64,000 nt of DNA from a virus. Taxonomy: Duplodnaviria > Caudoviricetes. The stretch lies in the IMG/VR virus record IMGVR_UViG_3300032030_002018; one strand, given 5' to 3'. The translations under genes were made by a program, and so were the position numbers. The notes below the pieces were generated by a model. That model saw only the letters and a program-made list of their open reading frames with translations, did no database searches and was not told the DNA's origin. Position 1 is the first letter of the stretch; each line of letters begins with the position of its first letter. Positions 47,003-57,296 of the stretch are shown piece after piece.

Positions 47003-47227
47003 TTATTCTCCTTTCATATAATTTTCAAAATCCTCGTATTTGTATCTTACCTCGTGATAATACGGTCTTATTACGTCTTTTATCCATTCTAATGCCTTTT
47101 CAATAAAGGCATCAGTGCGGATATATTCAACAGAATCTTCATTCAAAGGCTTATCAGCCCACTCTTCATCCCATTCATAACCCGCTCTATCGCTTGGGTA
47201 TAAATAAATCTTCTCTGGTGCTTCCAT
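47003..47227 (-). CDS. MEAPEKI family paralog
   Basis: Conserved motifs. Confidence 0.8.
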   Translation of the reverse strand: MEAPEKIYLYPSDRAGYEWDEEWADKPLNEDSVEYIRTDAFIEKALEWIKDVIRPYYHEVRYKYEDFENYMKGE

Positions 47228-47627
47228 AAGTTTTTCATATTTTAATTATATTGAACATTGTTGCCATAGCTTTTATTTATATGGATTGTTCCTATACTGT
47301 CGTCAAAACGATAACCACTCATTCTATTGCCAAGTTTTCGTAGCAAATCTCCAATTTTATAAATTAACCACGCTATACTTATCCATAACAAAAAGAATGG
47401 AAACAGTAAATATCTTTTCATACGCTATGATTATTTGTTTTCTAAGTTGATAACCGCTTGTGATACCCTATAAGTAAGAGTCTTCTTCCACACTCTAATA
47501 TACTCTTCCTTTTTAATTGTTTTTTTAAATTTTGCCATAATTTATCTATTTAAATTTCACAATCATTTTACGTTACAAATGTACATAATTTATTTGATAT
47601 ATATGATATGAAATATGTTAAATATAG

Positions 47628-47876
47628 TTAAAGTACTGTCCATTCGTAATTTTCTTCGTTCCAATTTATGTTTTCTTTTATTGGTAATGTTTGATATGTT
47701 TCTGACAATAGTTTACATATATCGTTATTTAGTCTTGTTTTCCATTTATTCCTATAGTGTTGTCTGATTTTCACTCTTTTTCTTTTTGATATGAATGGTA
47801 TGTAATATGGTAAGAATTTAGAGCATAAATCTTCGTATTTTGAGCGTCTATATACTTTTACTTTATTCAGATACAT
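47628..47876 (-). CDS. Basic hypothetical protein
   Basis: Operonic ORF. Confidence 0.65.
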   Translation of the reverse strand: MYLNKVKVYRRSKYEDLCSKFLPYYIPFISKRKRVKIRQHYRNKWKTRLNNDICKLLSETYQTLPIKENINWNEENYEWTVL

Positions 47877-48104
47877 TTATATTCTATCAAATTTTCTTAT
47901 AAACCAATATAAATCTTCTATTTTTTCATTCAGTTCTTCTATATCATTTTCGTTAATAATATCTAAATCTGATAATTGTGCGCAACATTCCTCGTTAATA
48001 TCAACAATATGCGTAGGTGATGTTATGTCGTTGCTATTTTTCCAGAAAGATGTCTGACTATTTATAACATCGCATATTATTTGCTGTATTTTATTTGCTT
48101 TCAT
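47877..48104 (-). CDS. Hypothetical protein
   Basis: Operonic ORF, start MKANK. Confidence 0.7.
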   Translation of the reverse strand: MKANKIQQIICDVINSQTSFWKNSNDITSPTHIVDINEECCAQLSDLDIINENDIEELNEKIEDLYWFIRKFDRI

Positions 48105-48106
48105 AA

Positions 48107-48469
48107 TCAAATCAAATTTTCTAAACAATACTTTAATGCTGCTTCAACAGATTCTTCATATGAATCATATTCAGTCATTTCTTCTATATAAATAACGTTG
48201 CCACTATATGAAGAAAGTATCTCAAAAAACCAAAAGATACGTCTATCAACTTCATTCCCATCGGTATCAATTGATATGTCATAAGAAATATTACTAACAA
48301 TATGAAATCCTTTTTCTTCTCTTAACCACTTCATTACTCTTTGATGAGTAACAGTTTTATATAAACCTGTTTTTTCATCATCAGCAAGATGATAATACTC
48401 AAAAAGTTCTTTTGCTTTTTCTTGTAAGGCTTGGGCTAAACCTGGTGAACAATAGTCTTCAGTAATCAT
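48107..48469 (-). CDS. TEDY..LENLI family paralog
   Basis: Conserved motifs; start MITEDY. Confidence 0.85.
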   Translation of the reverse strand: MITEDYCSPGLAQALQEKAKELFEYYHLADDEKTGLYKTVTHQRVMKWLREEKGFHIVSNISYDISIDTDGNEVDRRIFWFFEILSSYSGNVIYIEEMTEYDSYEESVEAALKYCLENLI

Positions 48470-48506
48470 AATCAAATTTTCTAAACAATATTTTCTTGTG
48501 TCATAA

Positions 48507-48827
48507 CTATTCAAAATTAATTAAATCCTTTTCATATGCCCATCTAAATTCTCTATGAGCATTAAATCCCAGATGCGCAGACCATTGTTCAGGAGTATAT
48601 GTGTGCGCCTCCCCTTCTATATGCCCATAAGCAGAACTAACAATGAAATCAGTAATGCCATTTGAATTATATTTAGGAACGACATTTTCACTATTCCAAA
48701 CAGCATTAGGGTTTAACTTCCTTTTAGCGGCAGCGATAATAACCCAATCAGATGCGGACATATAAGGAAAATCTATTGCCCGACTCTCAATACTTTCAAG
48801 ACCTTGTATTATTTCTTCCTGTGTCAT
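48507..48827 (-). CDS. Hypothetical protein
   Basis: Operonic ORF. Confidence 0.75.
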   Translation of the reverse strand: MTQEEIIQGLESIESRAIDFPYMSASDWVIIAAAKRKLNPNAVWNSENVVPKYNSNGITDFIVSSAYGHIEGEAHTYTPEQWSAHLGFNAHREFRWAYEKDLINFE

Positions 48828-49072
48828 ATCATTTCGGGTCTTGGATATTCCTCAAAATCACAATTACCTTGAACTCCTATAAAATTATCAGGTACTTCCT
48901 CTGTAATAATATGATTCTTAATATAATACATTGAATTTTTCGCAATAGATTTTATTTCATCTAATGCTGCCCAATCTTCCATAATTTCTCCGTTAAGTGT
49001 TTTTCTATCATCTGCAATCTGAGCAATATGATTAAACCACTGCAAAATAAGTTCTTTATCTTCTTGTGTCAT
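48824..49072 (-). CDS. Hypothetical protein
   Basis: Operonic ORF, MTQE start. Confidence 0.75.
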   Translation of the reverse strand: MTQEDKELILQWFNHIAQIADDRKTLNGEIMEDWAALDEIKSIAKNSMYYIKNHIITEEVPDNFIGVQGNCDFEEYPRPEMI

Positions 49073-49086
49073 AACTTTATTAAATA

Positions 49087-49278
49087 TTAGTTGATTTTAT
49101 TATATAATTTTATTAATGTTTTTTCTCCTAATATAATATCATCACCACATAATCTAATTGGTTTTAGTTTATATATTGGTTCATTTGAATCATAAGATAT
49201 TTCATATATCTCTATAGGTATTGTATCTCGTGTATGTTTTTTAGTGAACACGTCGCCAAGTTTAAATTTGCTTTCCAT
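49087..49278 (-). CDS. Small protein (KFKLGD)
   Basis: Operonic ORF. Confidence 0.65.
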   Translation of the reverse strand: MESKFKLGDVFTKKHTRDTIPIEIYEISYDSNEPIYKLKPIRLCGDDIILGEKTLIKLYNKIN

Positions 49279-49481
49279 TATTTCTTATTTCATTATTTTA
49301 GAATCTTATTTTTTTCTTTCTTTGTTATATAATTTTTTCGAATAATGTATACAACCACATTTGCATACAGTATCACTTTCATCATAATAATTTATACAAC
49401 CACTACACGCATAGATACGATTTAATTCACATTCTTTATCAATTTTACCAGTATCAATATTAATTGTCATATCTTTTCAGT

Positions 49482-49823
49482 TTAAATTATAATATCATAA
49501 TATTTTTCGATTTGTTTTAATGATAATACACTACCGTTTGAACACTCAAACTCATCCTCGTGGCAATCGTCAGAAATAATACTTAGAATTAAATCTGGAT
49601 TTGTCTTTGAACGAATTTTAGTTCCAATAGTAATCTTGTGGTTGTTATTTTCATTTTCTAATTCCAAGTCTACCTCTTTCACTTCAAGGGTGTTGAGGAA
49701 AGAAAGAAATTGTTCAAACCAAAATAATTTACATCTACCTTCATAAGTGTCAGTTGGACACTCTTCCTTTTTTATTCTCTCTATCTCAGCTACTACAGCA
49801 GATTTATCTATAAAGTGTTTCAT
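49482..49823 (-). CDS. IDKS..VAEIE family protein
   Basis: Paralog motifs. Confidence 0.8.
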   Translation of the reverse strand: MKHFIDKSAVVAEIERIKKEECPTDTYEGRCKLFWFEQFLSFLNTLEVKEVDLELENENNNHKITIGTKIRSKTNPDLILSIISDDCHEDEFECSNGSVLSLKQIEKYYDIII

Positions 49824-49826
49824 TTC

Positions 49827-51215
49827 TCATATTAATCTTTGTTTCAATGATTTAATCCAATTGATACAAGCATCAAGTTCTACGGTGCTCGCATAGTGTT
49901 TCTTGGCTGTCTCTATAAAATACACATCATCGTTCATTCTATGTTCATCCTCATCGCTCCAAGTAGGCTTTTGTTCAATCTTTTTCAGTTCCTTTTTATC
50001 AGCATCCCACTCATAGCCTGCTTCTTTCATTTTTTCAAAAAATCTCTCATAATGAGTTTTTTGCAAAGGATACACCAGTTCTACATTGCCTATTGGCATA
50101 TAACCATCTTGTGCAAAATCACGGCATAAATAACAATGAAAGAAGATTGTTTTATCTTTATACTCACGAAAAATTGCTTGGATTCCTTTTACTTCTGTAC
50201 TAACATAAATTAAATCACCATCTTTTGCGTCAGAAATATCCCAATTTCTGAAATAGGTATCAACGCAATAAGTTAGCATAAAAGGAACATTGCTGTTGCA
50301 CGGCGTTAAAAAACCATCTTTTTCACATAGGTACACATCTCCCTCGCAAAAGGCTCTGTTACCATAGTCATCAAGAAGATTTCTTACACACACATACCAT
50401 TTCCCGCTTTCTATCTTTAACTTTGGTTCAACCATATCAGCGGGCTCTTGCTTAATTTCACTTAACTCTTTCTTCTTAGCATCCCACTCGTATCCTGCCT
50501 CTTTCATTTTTTGTAATAACAAGTTACGCTGTTCTTTGGTTGCAGGATAAACATCTTGGTCACATAATTGTTCTTTAAGTTTGGGAAAATAAACTCCACT
50601 ATTTTCAGTGCAAGAAGCGCGAAATGCTATTGTTCCTCCTTCATCTAAATACTTAAATATAAATATAATATTACTATTAGTTACAAGCACATCACCCTCA
50701 TTGGCATCTCGGATAGTCCAAAGATGAATTTTATCATCAGACAAAAACCTACTTGAAGTAAAATCATTCCCATCAATATCAAGTCCAACATAATATTGTT
50801 CTTGTATCTCAAGAATTTGTGCAACAGTTTTACCTCTCACAATCCAATCACCAACCTTGAACTTCTGCTCGACTTTATTAGCACTATCAACCCTTTCTTC
50901 CTTTATGGCTTCAAGTGCTGACTTTCCTTGTGGTTTCTCACCCTGTTTTTCAATCCAAGCAACACACTTCTCTATTTTCATTTTATCCTCATCGAGAGTA
51001 CAATGTTGATATTCCCAATCTAGATATTTTATACAATCTTTCCTTATCTCCTCCTCATTCTCATTTTCTTTGAGTTCGGGGAAGATATTAAACAGTTCTT
51101 TTGCTTCAGAACTATTAGGATGAATTATACATCCAAGACCAATATGTTTTTTTATAAAATGTGCTACTTTATCAATAGCCTCATCATAGGCTTTTGCTTT
51201 ATCTTCTTGTGTCAT
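49827..51215 (-). CDS. Modular KAYDEA/DAKDGD/PATKE family protein
   Basis: Module repeats. Confidence 0.9.
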   Translation of the reverse strand: MTQEDKAKAYDEAIDKVAHFIKKHIGLGCIIHPNSSEAKELFNIFPELKENENEEEIRKDCIKYLDWEYQHCTLDEDKMKIEKCVAWIEKQGEKPQGKSALEAIKEERVDSANKVEQKFKVGDWIVRGKTVAQILEIQEQYYVGLDIDGNDFTSSRFLSDDKIHLWTIRDANEGDVLVTNSNIIFIFKYLDEGGTIAFRASCTENSGVYFPKLKEQLCDQDVYPATKEQRNLLLQKMKEAGYEWDAKKKELSEIKQEPADMVEPKLKIESGKWYVCVRNLLDDYGNRAFCEGDVYLCEKDGFLTPCNSNVPFMLTYCVDTYFRNWDISDAKDGDLIYVSTEVKGIQAIFREYKDKTIFFHCYLCRDFAQDGYMPIGNVELVYPLQKTHYERFFEKMKEAGYEWDADKKELKKIEQKPTWSDEDEHRMNDDVYFIETAKKHYASTVELDACINWIKSLKQRLI

Positions 51216-51218
51216 AAA

Positions 51219-51431
51219 TCAATTCTTTTTTCTAATTTTCTTACAATGTGATATGATTGCATCTTGTATAAAAGTACCAGTGTCGTTAATGACGTACTTA
51301 AACCCACTAACAGCATCACTTCGATATGTCGTACCATCAATGACAGTTAACCAATAGCCACTCCATCCACCGATAAAGTCCAAATGACCGTTGGCTTGTT
51401 TTCTAATTCTGCGTAGTAATTTTGTTTTCAT
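51219..51431 (-). CDS. MKTKLLRRIRKQAN family protein
   Basis: Near-duplicate of 43996-44208. Confidence 0.8.
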   Translation of the reverse strand: MKTKLLRRIRKQANGHLDFIGGWSGYWLTVIDGTTYRSDAVSGFKYVINDTGTFIQDAIISHCKKIRKKN

Positions 51432-51435
51432 ATCT

Positions 51436-51918
51436 TTATTCTTTATAAGGATTGTTTTCTTCTGTTACTTCAATTGCAAGTCCTTTTTCAATAAGACCTC
51501 TCCAATCTAAATGGTGAGAATGGAAAAAGTCAAAATGCTTTATATTAGCAATTTTCAAAGGAACAGGAGTCTTTACATACTTCCAAGCCTCAACATCATC
51601 ATCAAATGGCCTTATTTTACTTAGTTCCATACATTCTTCCTCAGTCATAGAAGACAAAGGACGGAGATATGGAAGAGGTAAATTATCAATATCTTTTAAG
51701 TCCCATAACCCAATAATTTTGTTTTCGCCTACAGACTTAATCATTACCCCGTAAGGCAACCTAGCGCAAAGGTCTTTTAATAATAAATCTTTATCTTCTT
51801 GTGTCATATTTAGTAAATCTATTATTTCACTTGGGTTTTTACCACTTTCTTTTGCTACGCATAAAGCAAATAAAACACCATATCCATTTAATACTTTCTT
51901 ATCTCCTTCTTGTGTCAT
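51436..51918 (-). CDS. LLKDLCARLPYG family paralog with a fused MTQE-initiated leader (second start ~51807)
   Basis: Two in-frame MTQE starts. Confidence 0.8.
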   Translation of the reverse strand: MTQEGDKKVLNGYGVLFALCVAKESGKNPSEIIDLLNMTQEDKDLLLKDLCARLPYGVMIKSVGENKIIGLWDLKDIDNLPLPYLRPLSSMTEEECMELSKIRPFDDDVEAWKYVKTPVPLKIANIKHFDFFHSHHLDWRGLIEKGLAIEVTEENNPYKE

Positions 51919-52069
51919 TTGTTATAATATTTTTTGTATATATACATTCTTACTTTTCGTGGTATGATAGAAAATAGTATTATTGGTATTCCGTATACAA
52001 TAAACCATAAAATTGGATGTTTATTACCGTTAACATACATACTCCTGCTTATTTTAATTGTACTATATT

Positions 52070-52360
52070 TTATTCTCCTTTTATATAGTTTTTGAAATCT
52101 TCAACAAAGTTGTCAATAACTTCTCCACGATGCAATCTACCTTGAAACATAAGGTTATCGTACATCAACTTCTTTAGTTTCACACAAGCTTTCTCAATTA
52201 AGGCATCAGTACGAGTATATTCAACATCCGTGTCTTTTTCTCTTGACTTATACCACTCACACAAGTATTTATTATGACAATCATTTGTTGTGTTTAAAGC
52301 TGTATTACTAGAAATATTTCTTATTAAAAATATCTTATCTGGTGCTTCATTTGTTTCCAT
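52070..52360 (-). CDS. EAPDKI..RTD family paralog
   Basis: Conserved motifs. Confidence 0.8.
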   Translation of the reverse strand: METNEAPDKIFLIRNISSNTALNTTNDCHNKYLCEWYKSREKDTDVEYTRTDALIEKACVKLKKLMYDNLMFQGRLHRGEVIDNFVEDFKNYIKGE

Positions 52361-52364
52361 AACT

Positions 52365-52712
52365 TTATTCTCCTTTCTGCGCTTTAAGTCGTTTTAACGC
52401 TTCTTGATAATAACCAATCGTTTCTCCTTGAATATCTGTCTTACAAAATTCTATCTCTGCATCAATTTCTGCAAAGATGATGTATAACTCCCTAATATCT
52501 TTCCAAGTAAGATTTTCTTTCTCCAAACCAACCTCTTTCGCTTCAAGGGTGTCAAGTAAGGAAAGAATGTGATTCAGTAATTCTATTCTTGCGTTATATC
52601 GCTGCAACTCACTTTGATTCTTTCGCCGTTCAAAAGTTCTGATGCTTTCTTCCTCATCGGTAATAATCTGCCGAATTTCATCTATCAATTTATCTTTGTC
52701 TATCAGTTTCAT
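52365..52712 (-). CDS. MKLIDK family protein
   Basis: Paralog motifs. Confidence 0.8.
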   Translation of the reverse strand: MKLIDKDKLIDEIRQIITDEEESIRTFERRKNQSELQRYNARIELLNHILSLLDTLEAKEVGLEKENLTWKDIRELYIIFAEIDAEIEFCKTDIQGETIGYYQEALKRLKAQKGE

Positions 52713-53716
52713 TTCTCACCTCCTATTCTTCCTTTAATGGATTTCAGCCAATTAATACATTTTTCTGCAAGTCCGTATGAACAAGTCTTTCTATTCTTTC
52801 CGACATATTTAATATTTGATATTACTTCTTCAAGCATCTCTCCATCCTCTTCACTCCAAGCAGGCTTCTGTTCAATATTATTCAGCTCTTTCTTATTCTC
52901 ATCCCACTCATATCCTGCTTCTCTCATCTTTTGGAATAGAAGGTCACGTTCTTCTTTGGTGGCTGGTTTTGTACTATCTATATCAAAATATAACATTGTA
53001 CCGTCATCAAAATCACCATCATCGTATAGTGTACAATATGTTTTTGCAGCAGTATTATTATCATTCAGCTTTTGAATAATAAAAATACAAGAATCTTCTG
53101 CAAGTACATCACCATCCTTGGCGTCTTCTATATTCCAAAGATGGAAAGTCTTATCAACCCATTCTATAGTAGGTCGTGATTCGCCTCCTTCTACATCTTC
53201 TAAAATGTAAAATTGATTTAGATTTCCTTTTATTTCCCAAATGTTACCACAGTTATCCACAACCCAATCACCAACATTGAATTTTGATTCTCGTGTTAAA
53301 GAATTGTCATTTTCATTATTATCAATACGTTTAACTTTTTGGATTAACAACGATGTGGCTTCAACAAACCAATCATTCAATTGCCATTTTTCTTTGTTTT
53401 CTTTTATAGCATCTTCCCAATTTTCAAGTGTTGCTAAATCATCACTATCTATACTTTTAAATTCTCCTTGTTTTTCAAGCCAAGTAAGAATATTATCAGT
53501 TGGTATTCCATTAAATGTTTCAGCCCCACAAGTGTTTTGTTCTTTGTAATTTTTGAAAAATTCAACCAATACTCTCTTTATCCTCTCGTCCTCTGACTCA
53601 CAGAGTTCTGGGAAGATGTGTTTAACTGCCCAATGACCGCTTTCATCCATATCGGTAGTCAATGCGTATTTTGCTCTTTCAATAGCGTCTTCATAAAGTT
53701 TTTTATAATCTTTCAT
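52709..53716 (-). CDS. Modular DAKDGD/PATKE family protein
   Basis: Single central module. Confidence 0.9.
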   Translation of the reverse strand: MKDYKKLYEDAIERAKYALTTDMDESGHWAVKHIFPELCESEDERIKRVLVEFFKNYKEQNTCGAETFNGIPTDNILTWLEKQGEFKSIDSDDLATLENWEDAIKENKEKWQLNDWFVEATSLLIQKVKRIDNNENDNSLTRESKFNVGDWVVDNCGNIWEIKGNLNQFYILEDVEGGESRPTIEWVDKTFHLWNIEDAKDGDVLAEDSCIFIIQKLNDNNTAAKTYCTLYDDGDFDDGTMLYFDIDSTKPATKEERDLLFQKMREAGYEWDENKKELNNIEQKPAWSEEDGEMLEEVISNIKYVGKNRKTCSYGLAEKCINWLKSIKGRIGGEK

Positions 53717-54150
53717 ACTGTGATGTTTTTAATTTCGTTTATTTCCTTTATGTAATTTTTTTCTTGTTCGATAAGGTTGGACAATTCTTTTTTAATAATA
53801 TCCATTCTTGTATCCAAAATGCTTTGTTTATTTGTTCCAATTATTCCCTTATAGAATATTATTGATTTATCCTCTCCATTTTGTACATTCCAACAGTGAT
53901 ATGGTCCGAAATCAATTGCCATTTTCTTCTTATTGACAATTGTGGATATATAGAAACGTCCTCTTGCTTGATGCCAGGGTTTTGTAATAATCAGTTCTTG
54001 AAATTCGTATTGTCCGTCTTTTGTTCTATTAAGTCTGAACAATGTATCTCCTTCTTTACATTCCCCAAATGTCTTGTCTTTAATACAATACTCTGTCTCA
54101 GGATATGTTTCATATGGAGTATAACAATCAAAAAATAAACTTGCACTCAT
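53713..54150 (-). CDS. Hypothetical protein
   Basis: ORF behind promoter at ~54177. Confidence 0.8.
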   Translation of the reverse strand: MSASLFFDCYTPYETYPETEYCIKDKTFGECKEGDTLFRLNRTKDGQYEFQELIITKPWHQARGRFYISTIVNKKKMAIDFGPYHCWNVQNGEDKSIIFYKGIIGTNKQSILDTRMDIIKKELSNLIEQEKNYIKEINEIKNITV

Positions 54151-54490
54151 ATTATTATACATTTTTCGTTTACATAGCAAATGTACATAATTTTTTTAAA
54201 ATAAACAACAGATAATACGTTAAAAAATGATAATTATTACGATATTTATATATATATAAAAAAGAGTCTCTTTATAGAGGCTCTTTTTTATTTATATATT
54301 TCTCATTATTTATGTACACTATTAGTGTAATGATTCCAAATCCTATTAGGAATAATATTGTTCCAACCATATCTTCTCAAAGAAATGTTCGTTGATTATT
54401 TGATAATTTTTTTATTGTTTGAGAGACCAATATCTGTGATGATATTACAATCCCTGATAATATTAAAAACATTAAGTTTGGCATATTACT

Positions 54491-54934
54491 TTAAAATAAT
54501 TTTTGAGGGAATAGAAAATAAGGATTTGGCGTATCAAAAATGAAGGTAGATTTCTTCTTATTTTCAATTTTTCTTTCTTCTTCGTTTGACTTTTTTTCCA
54601 ATTTTTCACTTTGTTTGTTTGATTTCTTCTTATTTTCAATTTTTCTTTCTTCTTCGTTTGACTTTTTTTCCAATTTTTCACTTTGTTTGTTTGATTCCGT
54701 ATGATTTGGTTGGTAAACTGTTTTTATTACAAGAAGAGAAATAAACATTGTAAGAAATCCAAATCCTATAATTGTTCCATATTTTCTTTTCTTTTCATCC
54801 TCATCTTTTTTTATTTTTTCTTGCTCTTCTTCTGTAGTATAATCATACAACCTTGGATAGGCGGGTATATTCACACACCCATAAAAGAAGACAATAACTC
54901 CAACCCAAAATATAGTCCAAATGAATGCACTCAT
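54491..54934 (-). CDS. Membrane protein with a 72-bp tandem duplication
   Basis: Two TM helices; SNKQSEKLEKKSNEEERKIENKKK twice. Confidence 0.75.
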   Translation of the reverse strand: MSAFIWTIFWVGVIVFFYGCVNIPAYPRLYDYTTEEEQEKIKKDEDEKKRKYGTIIGFGFLTMFISLLVIKTVYQPNHTESNKQSEKLEKKSNEEERKIENKKKSNKQSEKLEKKSNEEERKIENKKKSTFIFDTPNPYFLFPQKLF

Positions 54935-54938
54935 AATC

Positions 54939-55295
54939 TTATTTCCTATTGCTTTCTGTTACTGAATTAAGATACGCGTCTGCCGCTTCTATTACTCTAT
55001 CTGGCAGTTTTTTTAGGGTTTCATTTGATTTGATATAATCAATAGTTCCGCCAACTCCGAAAATAATTAGCATTTCCTTTTGCGTTGGAATCATTGTTGC
55101 CCCAAGCATTGCAATGATAAAAGCAACAGACCATTTTTTATACAAACTTTTTACAACTGACTTATATTTACCAGTCTTCAACGCAAATATTAGAAGAGCA
55201 ATAAATGGCACAATCATAAATAAGAGTACCCAAAACAGATAAGCGAAAATAATTTGCAATTTGCACAATGTTAAAATCCAGTAAAGTGTTGACAT
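54939..55295 (-). CDS. Membrane protein
   Basis: Hydrophobic helices; behind promoter at ~55339. Confidence 0.8.
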   Translation of the reverse strand: MSTLYWILTLCKLQIIFAYLFWVLLFMIVPFIALLIFALKTGKYKSVVKSLYKKWSVAFIIAMLGATMIPTQKEMLIIFGVGGTIDYIKSNETLKKLPDRVIEAADAYLNSVTESNRK

Positions 55296-55390
55296 AATTT
55301 TTTTCTTTTTTTAAGTTTGTAATTTAGTTTTTATATTGCAAATGTAAGCAATTTATTTGAATAATTCAAATATTTTATGTTAAAAATATA

Positions 55391-55621
55391 TTAAATGATT
55401 TTGAGTTTTGCTAAAATGAATAATGTCAGATATGAGAATAGTATAAACAATCCAATCAGTATTGTTATTGTGAGTGCAATTGCTGTTGGAATCCATAATG
55501 GTGATAATATCCATATGATATCCCATTCAATGATGTTGAATATCCGACATATAACAAATATCATTGTTATTGCGATGCTCCACCAGGATATAAGAGGTAT
55601 GTTTATCTTTGAATTACTCAT
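55391..55621 (-). CDS. Small membrane protein (W..IL.PLWIP)
   Basis: Highly hydrophobic. Confidence 0.75.
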   Translation of the reverse strand: MSNSKINIPLISWWSIAITMIFVICRIFNIIEWDIIWILSPLWIPTAIALTITILIGLFILFSYLTLFILAKLKII

Positions 55622-55979
55622 TTTCCTTTTCTTTTAATACATAAGGTGTTCTGACAAATTCCGACATTGCGTAAACATAATTGTCGATTTTGTCTTTTAT
55701 TTCTTTGACTGTCTTATTGTTGATATACTTACAAACAGCCTCAACAGTTTCAATTGAATTGCACGCATAAATCTTATGCGGGTTTGTCAACCAAGTGTCA
55801 GTAAGGAAATATAATGCTCTGAAATTATACGCTTCATTATCGAATGAGAATTCCAATACATCATTCTTCTGTGCCACAGCCAAAATCTTCTCCTTTGTGA
55901 CTATTGGCGGACGATGTATATCATTTGGGTGAACAATGTAGAGATATTCACCAGGTTTGAACTCTTGTAACAACTTCAT
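55614..55979 (-). CDS. Hypothetical protein
   Basis: 121-aa ORF. Confidence 0.8.
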   Translation of the reverse strand: MKLLQEFKPGEYLYIVHPNDIHRPPIVTKEKILAVAQKNDVLEFSFDNEAYNFRALYFLTDTWLTNPHKIYACNSIETVEAVCKYINNKTVKEIKDKIDNYVYAMSEFVRTPYVLKEKENE

Positions 55980-56028
55980 AATTAATTTACCAAGGAAACC
56001 AACGAATCTTTAGTTCGTGGGTAGTTGA

Positions 56029-56598
56029 CTAATCCCATTTCAAAGGTTTATCTGTGTGATATCTGAATATGACTCTACCTTCGTCATACAATGGTACGGA
56101 AATCTTTATATCCTTCGCTTTTTTTGCTTTGGCGATAAAGTCATTTGTATCATTGATGAACACGGTTTTTGAGTCAAGAGAGGACGATTCGGTGTAATAA
56201 TATTTCTTTACCTTCAATGAATCAAATCTGACTTCAAGATAGTTGTCTCCATAATATTCGTTGCCAAAGATTTGACCGTCACTTACCATAACCATAACAT
56301 CAAGCCCGAATCGTGGAGATTTTCTTACGGTAATTCCTGAAAATGTTTCTCCATAAGGGAAATCCTGCTGAATTGTATTGGTTGCATCAATTGTTGCAAA
56401 ATACGCCACCTTATCAGTCATTTCATCTGTGGTTGTTCTGTATTTCCAACCTTCAACAACTTCTTCCTTTTGTGGTTCTACTGATTCTTTTACTTCAGTA
56501 TTTTGTGTAGGTGATGACGATGATTTCTTTACTTTTACGCAATTAAGAAGCAAAAAGCAGAAAAATACTGTAAAAGCTGTTAATAAAAATTTTTTCAT
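56029..56598 (-). CDS. Putative lipoprotein
   Basis: MKKFLLTAFTVFFCFLLLN-C signal-like N-terminus; own promoter. Confidence 0.75.
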   Translation of the reverse strand: MKKFLLTAFTVFFCFLLLNCVKVKKSSSSPTQNTEVKESVEPQKEEVVEGWKYRTTTDEMTDKVAYFATIDATNTIQQDFPYGETFSGITVRKSPRFGLDVMVMVSDGQIFGNEYYGDNYLEVRFDSLKVKKYYYTESSSLDSKTVFINDTNDFIAKAKKAKDIKISVPLYDEGRVIFRYHTDKPLKWD

Positions 56599-56694
56599 TG
56601 TGTAAATTGTTTTAAGTTTGTGATTTAGTTTTTGATTACATTGCAAATGTAGGCAATTTATTTTATTCTACCAAACATTTTGTGTGAAAAGATG

Positions 56695-57009
56695 TTAATC
56701 TTCAAGTTTTTCTTTGTAAGCGTCTTCTTCAAGTTGTATTTCTTCCCGGAGTTCTTCTTTTGTTTTCGCCCGTACAATTCCGCTTACTTTTCGATGCCCT
56801 CCATTTGGAATTTTATGTCCTCCGTATGCTGTTGATTCTTGTAGCCAAGCTGCATTTGGACATCTGGTAGTTATATACTTGGAAGGTCTGTTCTTTGGTG
56901 CTTCGTCGAATCTATGAGGATTATGCCTTCCTGTTTTCTTCATTGCGTGTTGTACTGCTTCAAGCATTTGTTCACGCATCCATTTGTTTTTAATTCTGCT
57001 GTTACTCAT
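56695..57009 (-). CDS. Basic hypothetical protein
   Basis: 104-aa ORF. Confidence 0.75.
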   Translation of the reverse strand: MSNSRIKNKWMREQMLEAVQHAMKKTGRHNPHRFDEAPKNRPSKYITTRCPNAAWLQESTAYGGHKIPNGGHRKVSGIVRAKTKEELREEIQLEEDAYKEKLED

Positions 57010-57296
57010 CGTCGTTTAATGAATCAAAATAGAAACTGTTTTGTTTTGGGTTTAATTTAAAAGACGCGATAAATAGGGTTGGTATAAAGATGATGATATA
57101 CCAGCCCCATATCAGTATGTTTTTAAGTTTTCTAGTTAATTTCATCGATTAGGCAATGATTGCGATTTCAACTGCAAGTTTTGCAATTTGTTTATGTTCT
57201 GCTCTATCGAATAGTTTTGTCCAGAATGTACTATCTGATGACATAATGCCATTGATTACTTGTCCTGACAGATTGATTAGGTCTTCCTTATCATAT

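Noticed and set aside
27240-53716. Diversity-generating retroelement behind the paralog variability
   Set aside because: No reverse transcriptase and no template/variable pair differing only at adenines; variation is by block replacement and indels
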